A stretch of DNA of 64,000 nt, taken from the NCBI GenBank assembly GCA_965235115.1, contig OZ249436.1, forward strand, positions 4,404,001 through 4,468,000, written 5' to 3'. The notes under the pieces were generated by a model, which saw only the letters and a list, made by a program, of their open reading frames with translations, ran no database searches and was not told the DNA's origin. Both the position numbers and the translations under genes were made by a program. Of this stretch, positions 27,021 to 40,100 are shown piece by piece (position 1 is the stretch's first letter; each line of letters begins with the position of its first letter). The DNA comes from Laetmonice hystrix. Taxonomy: Eukaryota.

Positions 27021-29625
27021 GGTCTGGGGACAGGGTGTACGGGTTAGGGTCAGGGCTAGGGATAGCGATAGGTTGGGGAGTCTGGGGACAGGGTGTTGGG
27101 GGATCTGGGGACAGGGTGTATGGGTTAAGGTCAGGGCTAGGGATAGCGATAGGTTGGGGAGTCTGGGGACAGGATGTATGGGTTAGGGTCAGGGCTAGGG
27201 ATAGCGATAGGTTGGGGAGTCTGGGGACAGGGTGTATGGGTTAGGGTCAGGGCTAGGGATAGCGATAGGTTGGGGAGTCTGGGGACAGGGTGTATGGGTT
27301 AGGGTCAGGGCTAGGGATAGCGATAGGTTGGGGAGTCTGGGGACAGGGTGTATGGGTTAGGGTCAGGGCTAGGGATAGCGATAGGTTGGGGAGTCTGGGG
27401 ACAGGGTGTATGGGTTAGGGTCAGGGCTAGGGATAGCGATAGGTTGGGGAGTCTGGGGACAGGGTGTATGGGTTAGGGTCAGGGCTAGGGATAGCGATAG
27501 GTTGGAGAGTCTGGGGACAGGGTGTATGGGTTAGGGTCAGGGCTAGGGATAGCGATAGGTTGGGGAGTCTGGGGACAGGGTGTATGGGTTAGGGTCAGGG
27601 CTAGGGATAGTGATAGGTTGGGGAGTCTGGGGACAGGGTGTATGGGTTAGGGTCAGGGCTAGGGATAGCGATAGGTTGGGGAGTCTGGGGACAGGGTGTA
27701 TGGGTTAGGTTCAGGGCTAGGGATAGCGATAGGTTGGGGAGTCTGGGGACAGGGTGTATGGGTTAGGGTCAGGGCTAGGGATAGAGATAGGTTGGGGAGT
27801 CTGCATGGGGACAGGATGTATGGGTTAGGGTCAGGGCTAGGGATAGCGACAGGTTGGGGGGTCTGGGGACAGGGTGTATGGGTTAGGGTCAGGGCTAGTG
27901 ATAGCGATAGGTTGGGGAGTCTGGGGACAGGGTGTATGGGTTAGGGTCAGGGCTAGGGATAGAGATAGGTTGGGGAGTCTGGGGACAGGGCGTATGGGTT
28001 AGGGTCAGGGCTAGGGATAGCGATAGGTTGGGGGATCTGGGGACAGGGTGTATGGGTTAGGGTCAGGGCTAGGGATAGCGATAGGTTGGGGAGTCTGGGG
28101 ACAGGGTGTATGGGTTGGGGGATCTGGGGACAGGGTGCACGGGTTAGGGTCAGGGCTATAGGGATAGCGATAGGTTGGGGGATCTGGGGACAGGGTGCAC
28201 GGGTTAGGGTCAGGGCTAGGGATAGAGATAGGTTGGGGAGTCTGGGGACAGGGTGTACGGGTTAGGGTCTGGGCTAGGGATAGCGATAGGTTGGGGAGTC
28301 TGGGGACAGGGTGTATGGGTTAGGGTCAGGGCTAGGGATGGCGATAGGTTGGGGGATCTGGGGACAGGGTGTATGGGTTAGGGTCAGGGCTAGGGATAGT
28401 GATAGGTTGGGGAGTCTGGGGACAGGGTGTATGGGTTAGGGTCAGGGCTAGGGATAGCGATAGGTTGGGGAGTCTGGGGACAGGGTGTATGGGTTAGGGT
28501 CAGGGCTAGGGATAGCGATAGGTTGGGGAGTCTGGGGACAGGGTGTATGGGTTAGGGTCAGGGCTAGGGATAGCGATAGGTTGGGGAGTCTGCATGGGGA
28601 CAGGGTGTATGGGTTAGGGTCAGGGCTAGGGATAGCGATAGGTTGGGGAGTCTGCATGGGGACAGGGTGTATGGGTTAGGGTCAGGGCTAGGGATAGAGA
28701 TAGGTTGGGGGTCTGGGGACAGGGTGTATGGGTTAGGGTCAGGGCTAGGGATAGTGATAGGTTAGGGAGTCTGGGGACAGGGTGTATGGGTTAGGGTCAG
28801 GGCTAGGGATAGAGATAGGTTGGGGGATCTGGGGACAGGGTGCACGGGTTAGGGTCAGGGCTAGGGATAGAGATAGGTTGGGGAGTCTGCATGGGGACAG
28901 GGTGTATGGGTTAGGGTCAGGGCTAGGGATAGCGATAGGTTGGGGAGTCTGGGGACAGGGTGTATGGGTTAGGGTCAGGGCTAGGGATAGCGATAGGTTG
29001 GGGAGTCTGCATGGGGACAGGGTGTATGGGTTAGGGTCAGGGCTAGGGATAGCGATAGGTTGGGGAGTCTGCATGGGGACAGGGTGTACGGGTTAGGGTC
29101 AGGGCTAGGGATAGAGATAGGTTGGGGAGTCTGGGGACAGGGTGTATGGGTTAGGGTCAGGGCTAGGGATAGCGATAGGTTGGGGGATCTGGGGGCAGGG
29201 TGTATGGGTTAGGGTCAGGGCTAGGGATAGCGATAGGTTGGGGAGTCTGGGGACAGGGTGTATGGGTTAGGGTCAGGGCTAGGGATAGCGATAGGTTGGG
29301 GGATCTGGGGGCAGGGTGTATGGGTTAGGGTCAGGGCTAGGGATAGCGATAGGTTGGGGAGTCTGGGGACAGGGTGTATGGGTTAGGGTCAGGGCTAGGG
29401 ATAGCGATAGGTTGGGGAGGGGGTTGGGGACAGGGTGTATGGGTTAGGGTCAGGGCTAGGGATAGCGATAGGTTGGGGAGTCTGGGGACAGGGTGTATGG
29501 GTTAGGGTCAGGGCTAGGGATAGCGATAGGTTGGGGAGTCTGGGGACAGGGTGTATGGGTTAGGGTCAGGGCTAGGGATAGTGATAGGTTGGGGAGCCTG
29601 GGGACAGGGTGTATGGGTTAGGGTT
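27021..29625. repeat. 58-bp G-rich minisatellite with telomere-variant hexamers, ~45 copies
   Basis: Unit GGGTTAGGGTCAGGGCTAGGGATAGCGATAGGTTGGGGAGTCTGGGGACAGGGTGTAT. Confidence 0.97.
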
Positions 29626-31337
29626 ACCCGGTAAGTTAAGAGATGGTAATAGCGATAGATTTTGATTTCTTACCTCCAGTTTTCAGGAAGGTATTACCAT
29701 CAGGTATCAGCTGGCCGTCTGGGACAGGTGAGACGTTCAGTACTGATGGGGGTTAGAACCGTCTGACACAAGTAGATCTCAGACTTCAAACTATACATCT
29801 GACCTATATCTGGCCCTGTCTGGGAGGGGGCCGCACCCCCCCCCCCCCCCGCCCTTAAAAAAGCAGTGTGTTAAAGAATCCCTGAGCTGACCTACACCTC
29901 CTCCCACGACCAGGTGGATGTAACCCAGTCTGGCATGTAACCGGTGTCAGTTTGTAACGGTCTGACCTTACAGACCTGCCACACACTACCAAAGGTCATG
30001 GGTATGGATCAACGCAGCACTCTGAATGGATCTTATTGAAGATAACGTGAGGTTTGAACGTTATTAAACACTCAGATTTGTTTCTTTAAAATTGGCGCCA
30101 GATCAAAGGATGCGGAAATCACGCTGAAGAGTGGCGTATTAAGGGGCCGAAATTAATATTGTGCCTTACATTTGCTCTTATATTTTTTTCGATAACATTT
30201 TTGGTAGGCCCTACCCCATATATCATAGTCTATATATGAAGTTGTAAACAGAGTTCTTTCCCATACTCACCTATTCATGTCTGGCATAATACCAGACCGC
30301 GATCAGAAAACCATGGTTTTCAGTAACGTGTTGTCATATTCTAAAGTTTCTTCCATTGTCAGCACAGAGTGCCTCTCCCACGTATGCTGGCTAGTTACGA
30401 TAAAGAACGCTATTAATATCCCCATGGCTGATCCTATAGAAAAGTCACAACAGGGTGCTGCTATATGCTATAGTTTTCTCACAAAGAAAATACCAGGCGT
30501 CTCCCAGACTACAAACGTCTAAATTGGGCATTGACAGTAGCAGGGCTTCCATCCATGACCAGAACATTGTCAGCCAAATACAATGACATGTGTTTTAAAA
30601 TCGTAACACTGCGCCTCGTTAGAAACTTACGCTATTTCAAAGATATTAAAGTCATACATATATATATATATTTGTAATATACTGTCCTGAAATTGTGTAC
30701 ACCATAATCATTAGTCATTCAGTAGTATTGTGTTAAAGTTTCATCAGCCTGGAATTAACCAAAATGCCACTATCCATCCTTATGTAAAATTTATAAATAT
30801 TATTTATTCCCATGTAAACCCATGTATGGATATTTCTGTAATATCCATACCTATTGCTAGACTTTATACTATAAACTATGAAATATATTATATAATTAGC
30901 TATGTTCATGTTTACGCTATGCCCAATTAATTATTGTATGCAGGTCTCCGCATTTGTAACGGCCCTTAGCCGAGCGGGTGATCCTGGGTAAATATGATTA
31001 ATAACAGATTAGGTATATATAAGGGTATCAAACAAATAATTATAGGGTATGACCCAGATAAAACATACATTTGTAATTGAGATAAACACGAGTTATTTAT
31101 AGGTGTACGGTCAGGACGATGATTTGTTGATTGTTAATGAAAGTAGTGTTTTAGTAAAAAGTGGGCTTGTACTTTCTCCATTTTTCTTGTTAAAGATTAA
31201 CCTTATTGCTTTTTGTGTGCAATTTCAAGTGTATTGAAAGATGTTTTAGTGGATTCCACCCATACTTTTATCCCTGCACTTAAACGTGGGTACAAGAAGG
31301 AGTAATATAAATGAATAAATGTTGTATGGAGCGTCTA

Positions 31338-32125
31338 TTAAAGGTCGTACGATGATACCAAAGTAACTGAGTCTCGAAGATCCTGACCATTAAAGGTCGT
31401 ACGATGATACCAAAGTAACTGAGTCTCGAAGATCCTGACCATTAAAGGTCGTACGATGATACCAAAGTAACTGAGTCACGAAGATCCTGACCATTAAAGG
31501 TCGTACGATGATACCAAAGTAACTGAGTCTCGAAGATCCTGACCATTAAAGGTCGTACGATGATACCAAAGTAACTGAGTCTCGAAGATCCTGACCATTA
31601 AAGGTCGTACGATGATACCAAAGTAACTGAGTCACGAAGATCCTGACCATTAAAGGTCGTACGATGATACCAAAGTAACCGAGTCACGAAGATCCTGACC
31701 ATTAAAGATTACGATGATACCAAAGTAACTGAGTCACGAAGATCAAAGATCGTACGGTGATACCAAAGTAACTGAGTCACAAAGATCCTGACCATTAAAG
31801 GTCGTACGATGATACCAAAGTAACTAAGTCACGAAGATCAAAGGTCGTACGGTGATACCAAAGTAACTGAGTCACAAAGATCCTGACCATTAAAGGTCGT
31901 ACGATGATACCAAAGTAACTGAGTCACGAAGATCAGAGGTCGTACGATGATACCAAAGTAACTGAGTCACGAAGATCAAAGGTCGTACGATGATACCAAA
32001 GTAACTGAGTCACAAAGATCCTGACCATTAAAGGTCGTACGATGATACCAAAGTAACTGAGTCACAAAGATCCTGACCATTAAAGGTCGTACGTTGATAC
32101 CAAAGTAACTTGAGTCACAAAGATC
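31338..32125. repeat. 52-bp minisatellite (with ~43-bp deletion variants), ~16 copies
   Basis: Unit ATTAAAGGTCGTACGATGATACCAAAGTAACTGAGTC(T/A)CGAAGATCCTGACC. Confidence 0.95.
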
Positions 32126-34013
32126 ACCAAGCTAGTACATGGACGGTACGTGATGTTTGTTTCATGTTCCGCCTGTAAACGGCCAACTTGGCCTGAATAC
32201 TTCTAATAGTCGCAGTTGAAATAGGATGATGTCACATAGACCAAGAACAGCTACACAGGTCCAATGACAGTGGAAACACTATAATATATGCCGACTGGGA
32301 TTCTTGCGATAATTTATCCGTCTTTTACTCGAAGTTTAATAATCATAGCCCTAATAACATTTAAATAAATCTCAAATTTATATACCGCATAAATGACAGG
32401 TTTATTATACGACATTAAGGAAAAAAGGAATAACAAGAATCATTCCTAGCGGATCCTACTTGATTATGTAACATTTTATGGTCGCACATCATTGTTTGCA
32501 TGGAAGGGGGAAATTGCTAACAACATGAGTATAAATGCTGACGCCATACACAAACCATATTTGAGGGTTAAAATGACAATCCGTTGATCTTTTCTTACCC
32601 ATAGTGCATGAATACGGTATTATACAAATAGATCTGCCCATGGGCCTGCGGTATGCAGCTGACTCGAACCATTCCCCACGACACGGCCGATCTAAGGGCC
32701 GGCCATGGTGGCTGTCATGTCGGTCCTGTAAACTGGTGTATACCTGGCCGGCGGCTGGGTCATTTACCTCAGTCCCAATCATGTTCACCGCCGACGCTTA
32801 TAACCTCGCACTTATAGCGCCACTATTTCAAACGTCGTGTCTGAACTAACGGATGCTCAGTAAAACTAAAGCAGGTGAGGTAGAGTCCAAGTCCCCAATA
32901 CAGGCCAGACCACAAGCTTCAGGGTCGGACCCAGGTTGGCGCCAAGCGGGGGTGGGGGGGGGGGGCGTATGTTTGGTTTGACCCTTTCAGGCAGAACAAA
33001 AGAAAAAAACTTAGTGAAGGAAGGGGCGCAAACCCCGTAACCCCCCCCCCCCCCGCCTCTGGATCCGCTACGGGGCTTTCAGTCTTAATTTAATATATTC
33101 ATATCAATATCTCCAAAACACTTGACCTAAAAGATATGAGGGATATCGGGGCCTGGCCCACTGAGAGTTGTCCGGCTAAGATTGACTCTTGTTGCTTCAG
33201 GGCATGAAAAATACCCTACCCAGTTGGGGATCCAGTGGAAGGGGGCCCTGACCCCCTTTAGATTTTCCTTTTTTATTGATGAAGATGTATTAGTGCAGTC
33301 ACAATCATGCTGAGCGTATAGCGAGGCTACTAGTATACTAAACTTGATTAAAATGTTGAATGTTCTGGCGGGATCCTACTTGTATGGAGATACCGATTCT
33401 ATATGCTTTAACCCACTGATTGTGAACGGGAGTTTTATTTTGTATCTCTTTCAATCTGTGACTCTTTCAATCTTTGACTCTTTCAATCTGTGACTCTTTC
33501 AATCTGTAACTCTTTCAATCTGTGACACACTCTTGAGGACGGCCGTACAGCAACGGGAAGTCTTTAGAGATGGTATGGTGCTGTGCCATAATGCACTCCC
33601 CCACTACCACCACCCTGACCACCACCACCACCCTGACCACCACCACCACCAGCCGCCATGCATGCGGCCAATGGTGCACCAAATGTCGACAGTCAGGATT
33701 ACAGACGCATGCACAGCTCATGCATGGGCGCTAACCAGATGAAAAAATGAAATAATATTTCTTTAAATAAGAAATAAAAAATGTAACTGTTACCAACTCG
33801 AAATATGTATCTACTTGTTTTAGCCCGAGCAAATTAGGATAAAGAATGACATAACGGTAAACAAACAAATGAGACAAATGAGCATATACTAACAAAGCAG
33901 TCACTATAAATAAAATGTTTGCATTGTCCCCATTTGTTTCAATGGCATGGAATAAAATTCTCATCTCGGCATTCAGCTTATACACAATTTTTAAATATTT
34001 CTTTCTCCTAGCT

Positions 34014-34267
34014 CCTACACATGGCAGGTGTATGTGTGGGGTATATTCGTACTACACATGGCAGGTGTATGTGTGGGGTATATTCGTACTACACATGGCA
34101 GGTGTATGTATTGGGTATATTCGTACTACACTTGGCAGGTGTATGTATTGGGTATATTCGTACTACACATGGCAGGTGTATGTATTGGGTATATTCGTAC
34201 TACACATGGCAGGTGTATGTATGGGGTATATATTCGTACTACACATGGCAGGTGTATATTCGTACTA
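34014..34267. repeat. 37-bp tandem repeat, ~7 copies
   Basis: Unit CTACACATGGCAGGTGTATGT(G/A)T(G/T)GGGTATATTCGTA. Confidence 0.93.
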
Positions 34268-35113
34268 TACCGTAACTTAATTATTGGACGGAGTATTGTT
34301 GATATAATTGTAATGTAACGTGACGCCTCATTACCGTGCAACCCCCCCTCCCTTTATTTAAAGTGCATGAATTATTCATAATCCAAATTCAAGCTTTCTG
34401 AGTTTGGAATCGGCATCCACACACGAGTACTGGAGTATCTGAAATTGTATTATGGCAGAATCTGTGGTAGAATTTAAATATTGATATCATTTACGGTATA
34501 GACTTGTTGTTGAATAGGACATTTTGATATCGACTGAACCATTTTCTATAGACAACCCAGCGACGTGTAGAGTATTGATAATTGATCCCTCTTACTGTAT
34601 GTTATCTTATAACTGAAGGGCATGTTTCGTTACGTAACCTGTGAACATCATGCCTTGTAAATGACCGAAATCACCATCGGTACCCGAAAGGGGCGTATAA
34701 TGAAAACGAATTTGAAGCATGTGCAAACGACAAGGATTTGTGGGTTTCTTAATGAAAGATTAATGTATATTATTTCACCGACGGGTCCGTGAATCGACTG
34801 CCAAGCGTCGCCCTAGCGTCACTTATAGTCTCGGTCTCTGTACTCATTGATTCCCTGGTGAGGGGGGGGGGGGGGTAGATCGATATGTGGTTCTACCCCC
34901 CCCCCCCCCCCCCGCGTTCACTGAGGCGAGGTACACGCGCACTTGGTCCTCAGAAGGACACGCCGACCCAGCGGCTCATTATAATACGAGTGATTCACTC
35001 AACCGTGTCAGGTCTGAGACAATGACCAACAAGTTGGCGAGCAGCGGTGGTGGTGGTGCTGGCACCACCAGCACCGCCCAGTCCAGCAACCCACCGGCCG
35101 ATCCTTGGTCATA

Positions 35114-35383
35114 TGACGTCATCACAGACCCTCCAATCGCGTCGCGTGGCGGGGAATTTTGTTTTTAGCGTCACAATAGAGGACGCAGGGTGCGTGACGG
35201 TTTGGATCCGATATAAGGGGGGCGGTTCGGGGGGCTGTCTGTCAGTGTACGCAAGATCAGCTGTCCCACCACGTCGGTATTTGTACGGCAGTCTGGCCCG
35301 GGGGCAATACCGGCCGCCGTTACCCAGCGCTTCTATCGTCCCGAATCACCGCCACATCACTGGGAACCAACAGACGAGAACGG
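35114..35383 (+). promoter_or_regulatory. Probable core promoter and non-coding first exon of the collagen gene
   Basis: CRE palindrome TGACGTCA at 35114, TATAAG at 35212, Inr-like TCAGT at 35242 (~30 bp downstream) and donor GG|GTAAGC at 35383/35384. The acceptor TTTTATTTCAG at 37075 precedes the ATG exon. Confidence 0.6.
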
Positions 35384-37102
35384 GTAAGCCAATGGCTTCT
35401 TGCAGTATTAGAAATGTGACACAGCAAAGACTGGTACTTTCACTCGCCATCTTTACGACCTAAATTACAGACGGGAGAAGATTTGTATAATGCGACTTTA
35501 AATTTGGAATGAACCATAATATTTGGTGTGCGTTTTATAGCTGTTTAGAGATAGTCCTTTTGTAAGTTCAGAGATATTGGCTGTGTTGGCATTTATCCCC
35601 AGAGCAGAACTCGGTATTACCTGAAATTTGTATCAAGCGTAGACTAATTTTTGAGTTTGTGTTTTTGGGGATAATTTTAAAGATTAGTTTTGGGTATTTC
35701 TTGCTGGTGTCTGTAGTTGCTCCGTCATAGGGTGCCGGCATACTTCAGTCTGAACACGCTTAACGCGACGTATGTGCCGGTACCGTACGCAATGAAAATC
35801 ATGACGCAACCCGACATAATGTTCAAAGAGCGGCGCGGCCTACGCTTTTCACAGCAAACCCTAAATTTTAACGACTGAAGGGGAGCCGTGGTTGTGTGGT
35901 GTTAGCCTACAATTGAGGTAATCAATTTACCAGCCAAACGGTGTCTTTCTATCGATTTCTGGCTTTTGGAGATGTTCAGCCCGCCTAACGAGTTATATAC
36001 TTATTCAGGTAATCGTTATGGCCTGTCGTTCGTTCATACTGCCATTTCTGCCGTACAGTAAATAATTGTCGCAGGGAGAACCCTGCACGACATGGAATAA
36101 AGATTAGTGAGAGTATGCAGCCTCTGCCGAATATTTGTCGACTTTGAAAATACGGGGTTCGTCCAAAATGTGTTTAGAATGTTCGTGTCAAATATAAGTG
36201 ATGGCAGAGTAATTGGTGAAGCAGCCTGGTTAGGGGAGGGGAAGATTTTCTGGAAGGGTTTTCAACCTTCGAACAATAATGGCGTGAGTTTGCGGCGGGG
36301 AGGGAACTCAACACGTGGTAGAACTCGGTCCTGTACGAAGGCAGTCAGGCGTGACGGAGCCAATCATAAATGGGCTGTATCGATCAGGAAGCTCATGGTA
36401 ACAAACTCCGCACATTTTCGTATTTCAAGATTTATATATGCCGATGTAAATAGGGTTGACATGCAGCGTGCAACCGATTGAGTCAATTGACGCGAAACGG
36501 CACAATTTAAAAATGTGCCACAGAGAAATTATTAATTCATGGCAGGTAAACATTGTCGTTTCCATGGCAACATTTACTGTTTATGAACCCTGTTGATGGT
36601 GGAACTACAGGGCTTATCGACAACCTGTGGTCCTACAGTGCTTTATATATTGACAAACATCCTTCGCCACAAACCTGACTGAAAATGATCACAACAAAGG
36701 TGACATATTAAATCTTTGAAATGGTCGAGGTGTTTTTTCACATTTAATATATATGGGTTTTTGCCGGTGAAGATTACCTTCGATCCTGACCAGGCGGGTC
36801 ACCTCCCGCCTCTCACTCGCTCTCACTTTTGCATTAATTCATGTATCGACTTTTTATTTTAATTTTAGTCAATTGTAAAACGGAATGTAATTATTGGTTG
36901 GATGCAAGAACCCCGTGCTATGCTGTCAAGGTCGAAACCTGTGTCAAATAATTTTGATGGGCAAAAAACGATAGTGAATCGTAAGTTACACACCAAGCAA
37001 TTGCCATAGTTAACAAATCATTTGTTTGCAATCGCTAATCGACAAATTCTAATCACTGTTTGGGTTTTATTTCAGGCAGTTCCAAGAGTTGGCGCGTGAA
37101 GG

Positions 37103-40100
37103 ATGGGGCACCGAACGGTGTCGGCCATACTTGGCCTAATCTGTCTGCTACTGGTCGCCGACAAATCTACCGCGCAAACACGTCAGTATAACTACAGCAG
37201 TCCTCCGATCGGTTGTGTACATAAAAACAGCCCTAGAACCCAAATATCGGCTGCAGCAACATGCATTGCATGCATATTTAATGGGAGTAGATTAGCTTTG
37301 TTGAATCAAATCGGGTAATATTTGGGCCAATTATAATATTCGTAATATTTGAAACTATACATAATATTTGCAACTATACGTAAAATATTTGCAACTATAA
37401 GGAAGCTCTTGTCGCCTGTAAGCAATACCTTTTACGAAGATAATCAGGCACGTACCCAGGATTGTGCTTAGGGGGGGGTTCCATCAGGACAAGAGGGCTG
37501 CCCGGGGGCTACCTGTGTTTTTGCACCAGTCGACCTGGGGGCCGGGGGGGGGGGGTTCCGGAACCCCTGGAACCCCCCCCCCCTGGGTACGTGCCTGATA
37601 ATCCTATTCAATAGGATGTGAGATAGCCCTGATGTGAGATAGCCCTGCAGTTTCCTGTCACCACTTATTGTATTAAACAGAATGTTCGGGAATTATCGAC
37701 CTCGTATTCGTCGTGGACAGTTCGGGTTCCATTCGTGACCAGAACGTAGAGGGACAGAAGGACAACTGGCTGCAGATTTCCGATTTCATGAATCTTTTGG
37801 TTGACCGTCTCGACATAGGACTCAATAAGGCACGGATCGGAGTGGTGGTGTTCAGTAATGTAGGTGCGAACATTTTCTTCCTCAATGACCCTATAAACCA
37901 GGACAAGTCTGCCGTGAAGGCACGAATCTCCGGAATGGTTTACATCGGAGGAAACACCAACACTTCCGGTGGATTACGTGTAATGAACGGCCAACAGTTC
38001 ACGCGGCAGAACGGAGATCGGGACAATGTTCCCAACATCTGCATCGTCATCACAGACGGAGAGTCGACCCGGGACCGGGACCGAACCATCCCGGACGCTG
38101 AGGCCGCCCGACGGCGAGGGATCGAGATCATAGTGGTCGGAGTGACGAACCGTATCAACGAGAACGAACTGAGAGCTATTTCTTCTCCTCCTCAGGCACT
38201 CGGCAGGAACTATTTCAAGTCGGCACGATTCGACGAACTCGATCTGATTGTTGAAGAAATAACGCGAGCAACTTGCTCTGTAGTACAACCCCCTGCACCC
38301 ACGCCAGGTATTTTCCCCTATTTCTGAAATTTTTGAAGTTCAAAATATAAATCTAGCCTTGCAGGGTTGCGTTATGCATTTTGGATGCTGTAATCTTTTA
38401 ACATCCATCGTTAAAACAGACTATATTGTATACGATTTTTATAGGGCAAAGGGGCATTGGGCCAACACGTTTTGATTCTGACTATTCAAAAAAAAAAACA
38501 AGGCGTCGATGTCAATAAAATACAGCAAATGTGTTGGTATTAAGCGCCAAGCCAATAAATGCATTTGGAGCTTAGTGCCCCTTCCCTCCCGCCCCATTTC
38601 AAGTGTTTGTATTTCGATCTCTCAGCCCCAGCCCGACCCGGCCCACCTGGCTTTCCTGGACCACAAGGAGCGACAGGATTCCCAGGCAGCCCTGGACGCC
38701 AAGGAGCAACAGGCCTTCGAGGATCCCCGGGAGGTCCAGGCTTCCCAGGCCCGCAAGGCGCTACCGGATTCCCAGGACCGTCAGGCCGAGACGGCTCGCC
38801 CGGATCCCGCGGAGCACCAGGTTTTCAAGGACCTGCAGGACCTGCCGGCCGCCCCGGAGGAACCGGCGCAACAGGACGATCAGGTCAGATTCTAAACTTT
38901 CAACCATATCTTATGTAAACTTTTACTTAAGTACAAGCAAAGGCTGATGTTCGAGCAGACCTGCCTAAGATCGTCTTTATTTTAATTTGACTTTTCTCAT
39001 TGTTCAACCTCCCGCGCACAGGTCCCGCTGGAGCACCTGGATTCGGTACGCAAGGAAGCCCAGGGACACCTGGTTCTTCCGGACGTCCTGGTTCAACTGG
39101 AGCAACCGGATTCCCCGGATCACGAGGATCGCCAGGCCTGGCCGGATCACCGGGACAACGAGGCTCTCCTGGAAGTGCAGGACCCGCCGGTCCGCGTGGT
39201 TTTGACGGCAGGCCTGGGTCTACTGGAGCGACCGGCTCAGCTGGTATACCTGGCTTCCAGGGCTCGCCTGGACCCGCGGGTCGCGTCGGTCCTGTCGGTC
39301 CTGCAGGCGCACCAGGTCCGCTCGGATCGCCTGGACTAAGAGGTGAGATGGTCTTTTGTATAATTGCACACCTCCCCTTTCAAATTATAGTCATGCAGGG
39401 CTTCCCTACACGCAAATACAATATTAGAACAGATTTTTAAAGGGGAAATAACCATAAAATTCCAGTATCATTGAAATGCTGAAAAAATACTGCAAACAAT
39501 ATTAAAGGTTCCCCTGGCGGCCCCGGATTTCCTGGCAGTACTGGAGCAACTGGATTTCCCGGTCCAAGCGGGCCTGCTGGCCGGCCTGGAGCACGGGGTA
39601 TCGATGGCAGCACAGGGGTACCTGGATTCCCAGGGTCGGTCGGAGCCACAGGACCAAGCGGACGACCTGGGGGTCCTGGGTTCCCCGGATCTACAGGATC
39701 AACTGGCCGATCAGGACCAGTAGGACCGTCGGGTTCACCCGGACGGCCCGGTTCCGTCGGAGCTACTGGATTCCCCGGTGGCAGAGGAAACACGGGTGCC
39801 ACTGGCTTTCCGGGAGCTCGGGGCACAGTTGGTGCAACAGGTATCTAAGTTAGAATTGAAATCTAGTCAGAATTGAAATCTAGTCAGAATTGAAATCTAG
39901 TCAGAATTGAAATCTAGTCAGAATTGAAATTAGTCCAATTGTATCAAGAGCTGAAACTGGTATACACATGTAATGTATTTCTCCTTGTAGGCTTTGAAGG
40001 TCGCCCCGGAAGAGCAGGTGGAACTGGTTTCCCTGGGCCCACTGGTCGCACTGGTGCAACTGGAGCCAGAGGATTCCGTGGTAGCCCCGGAGCGACTGGT

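Noticed and set aside
27021..29625. True telomere or chromosome end
   Set aside because: There is only one TTAGGG per 58-bp unit and unique sequence lies on both sides.
30230..31010. Possible decayed LINE 3' end (KQSSFPY-like peptide and a structured 3' tail)
   Set aside because: Too short and degenerate to support without a repeat library.
6638..32125. Regular 27-58-bp repeat arrays as CRISPR arrays
   Set aside because: Units are head-to-tail with no unique spacers, there are no cas genes, and the context is eukaryotic with introns.
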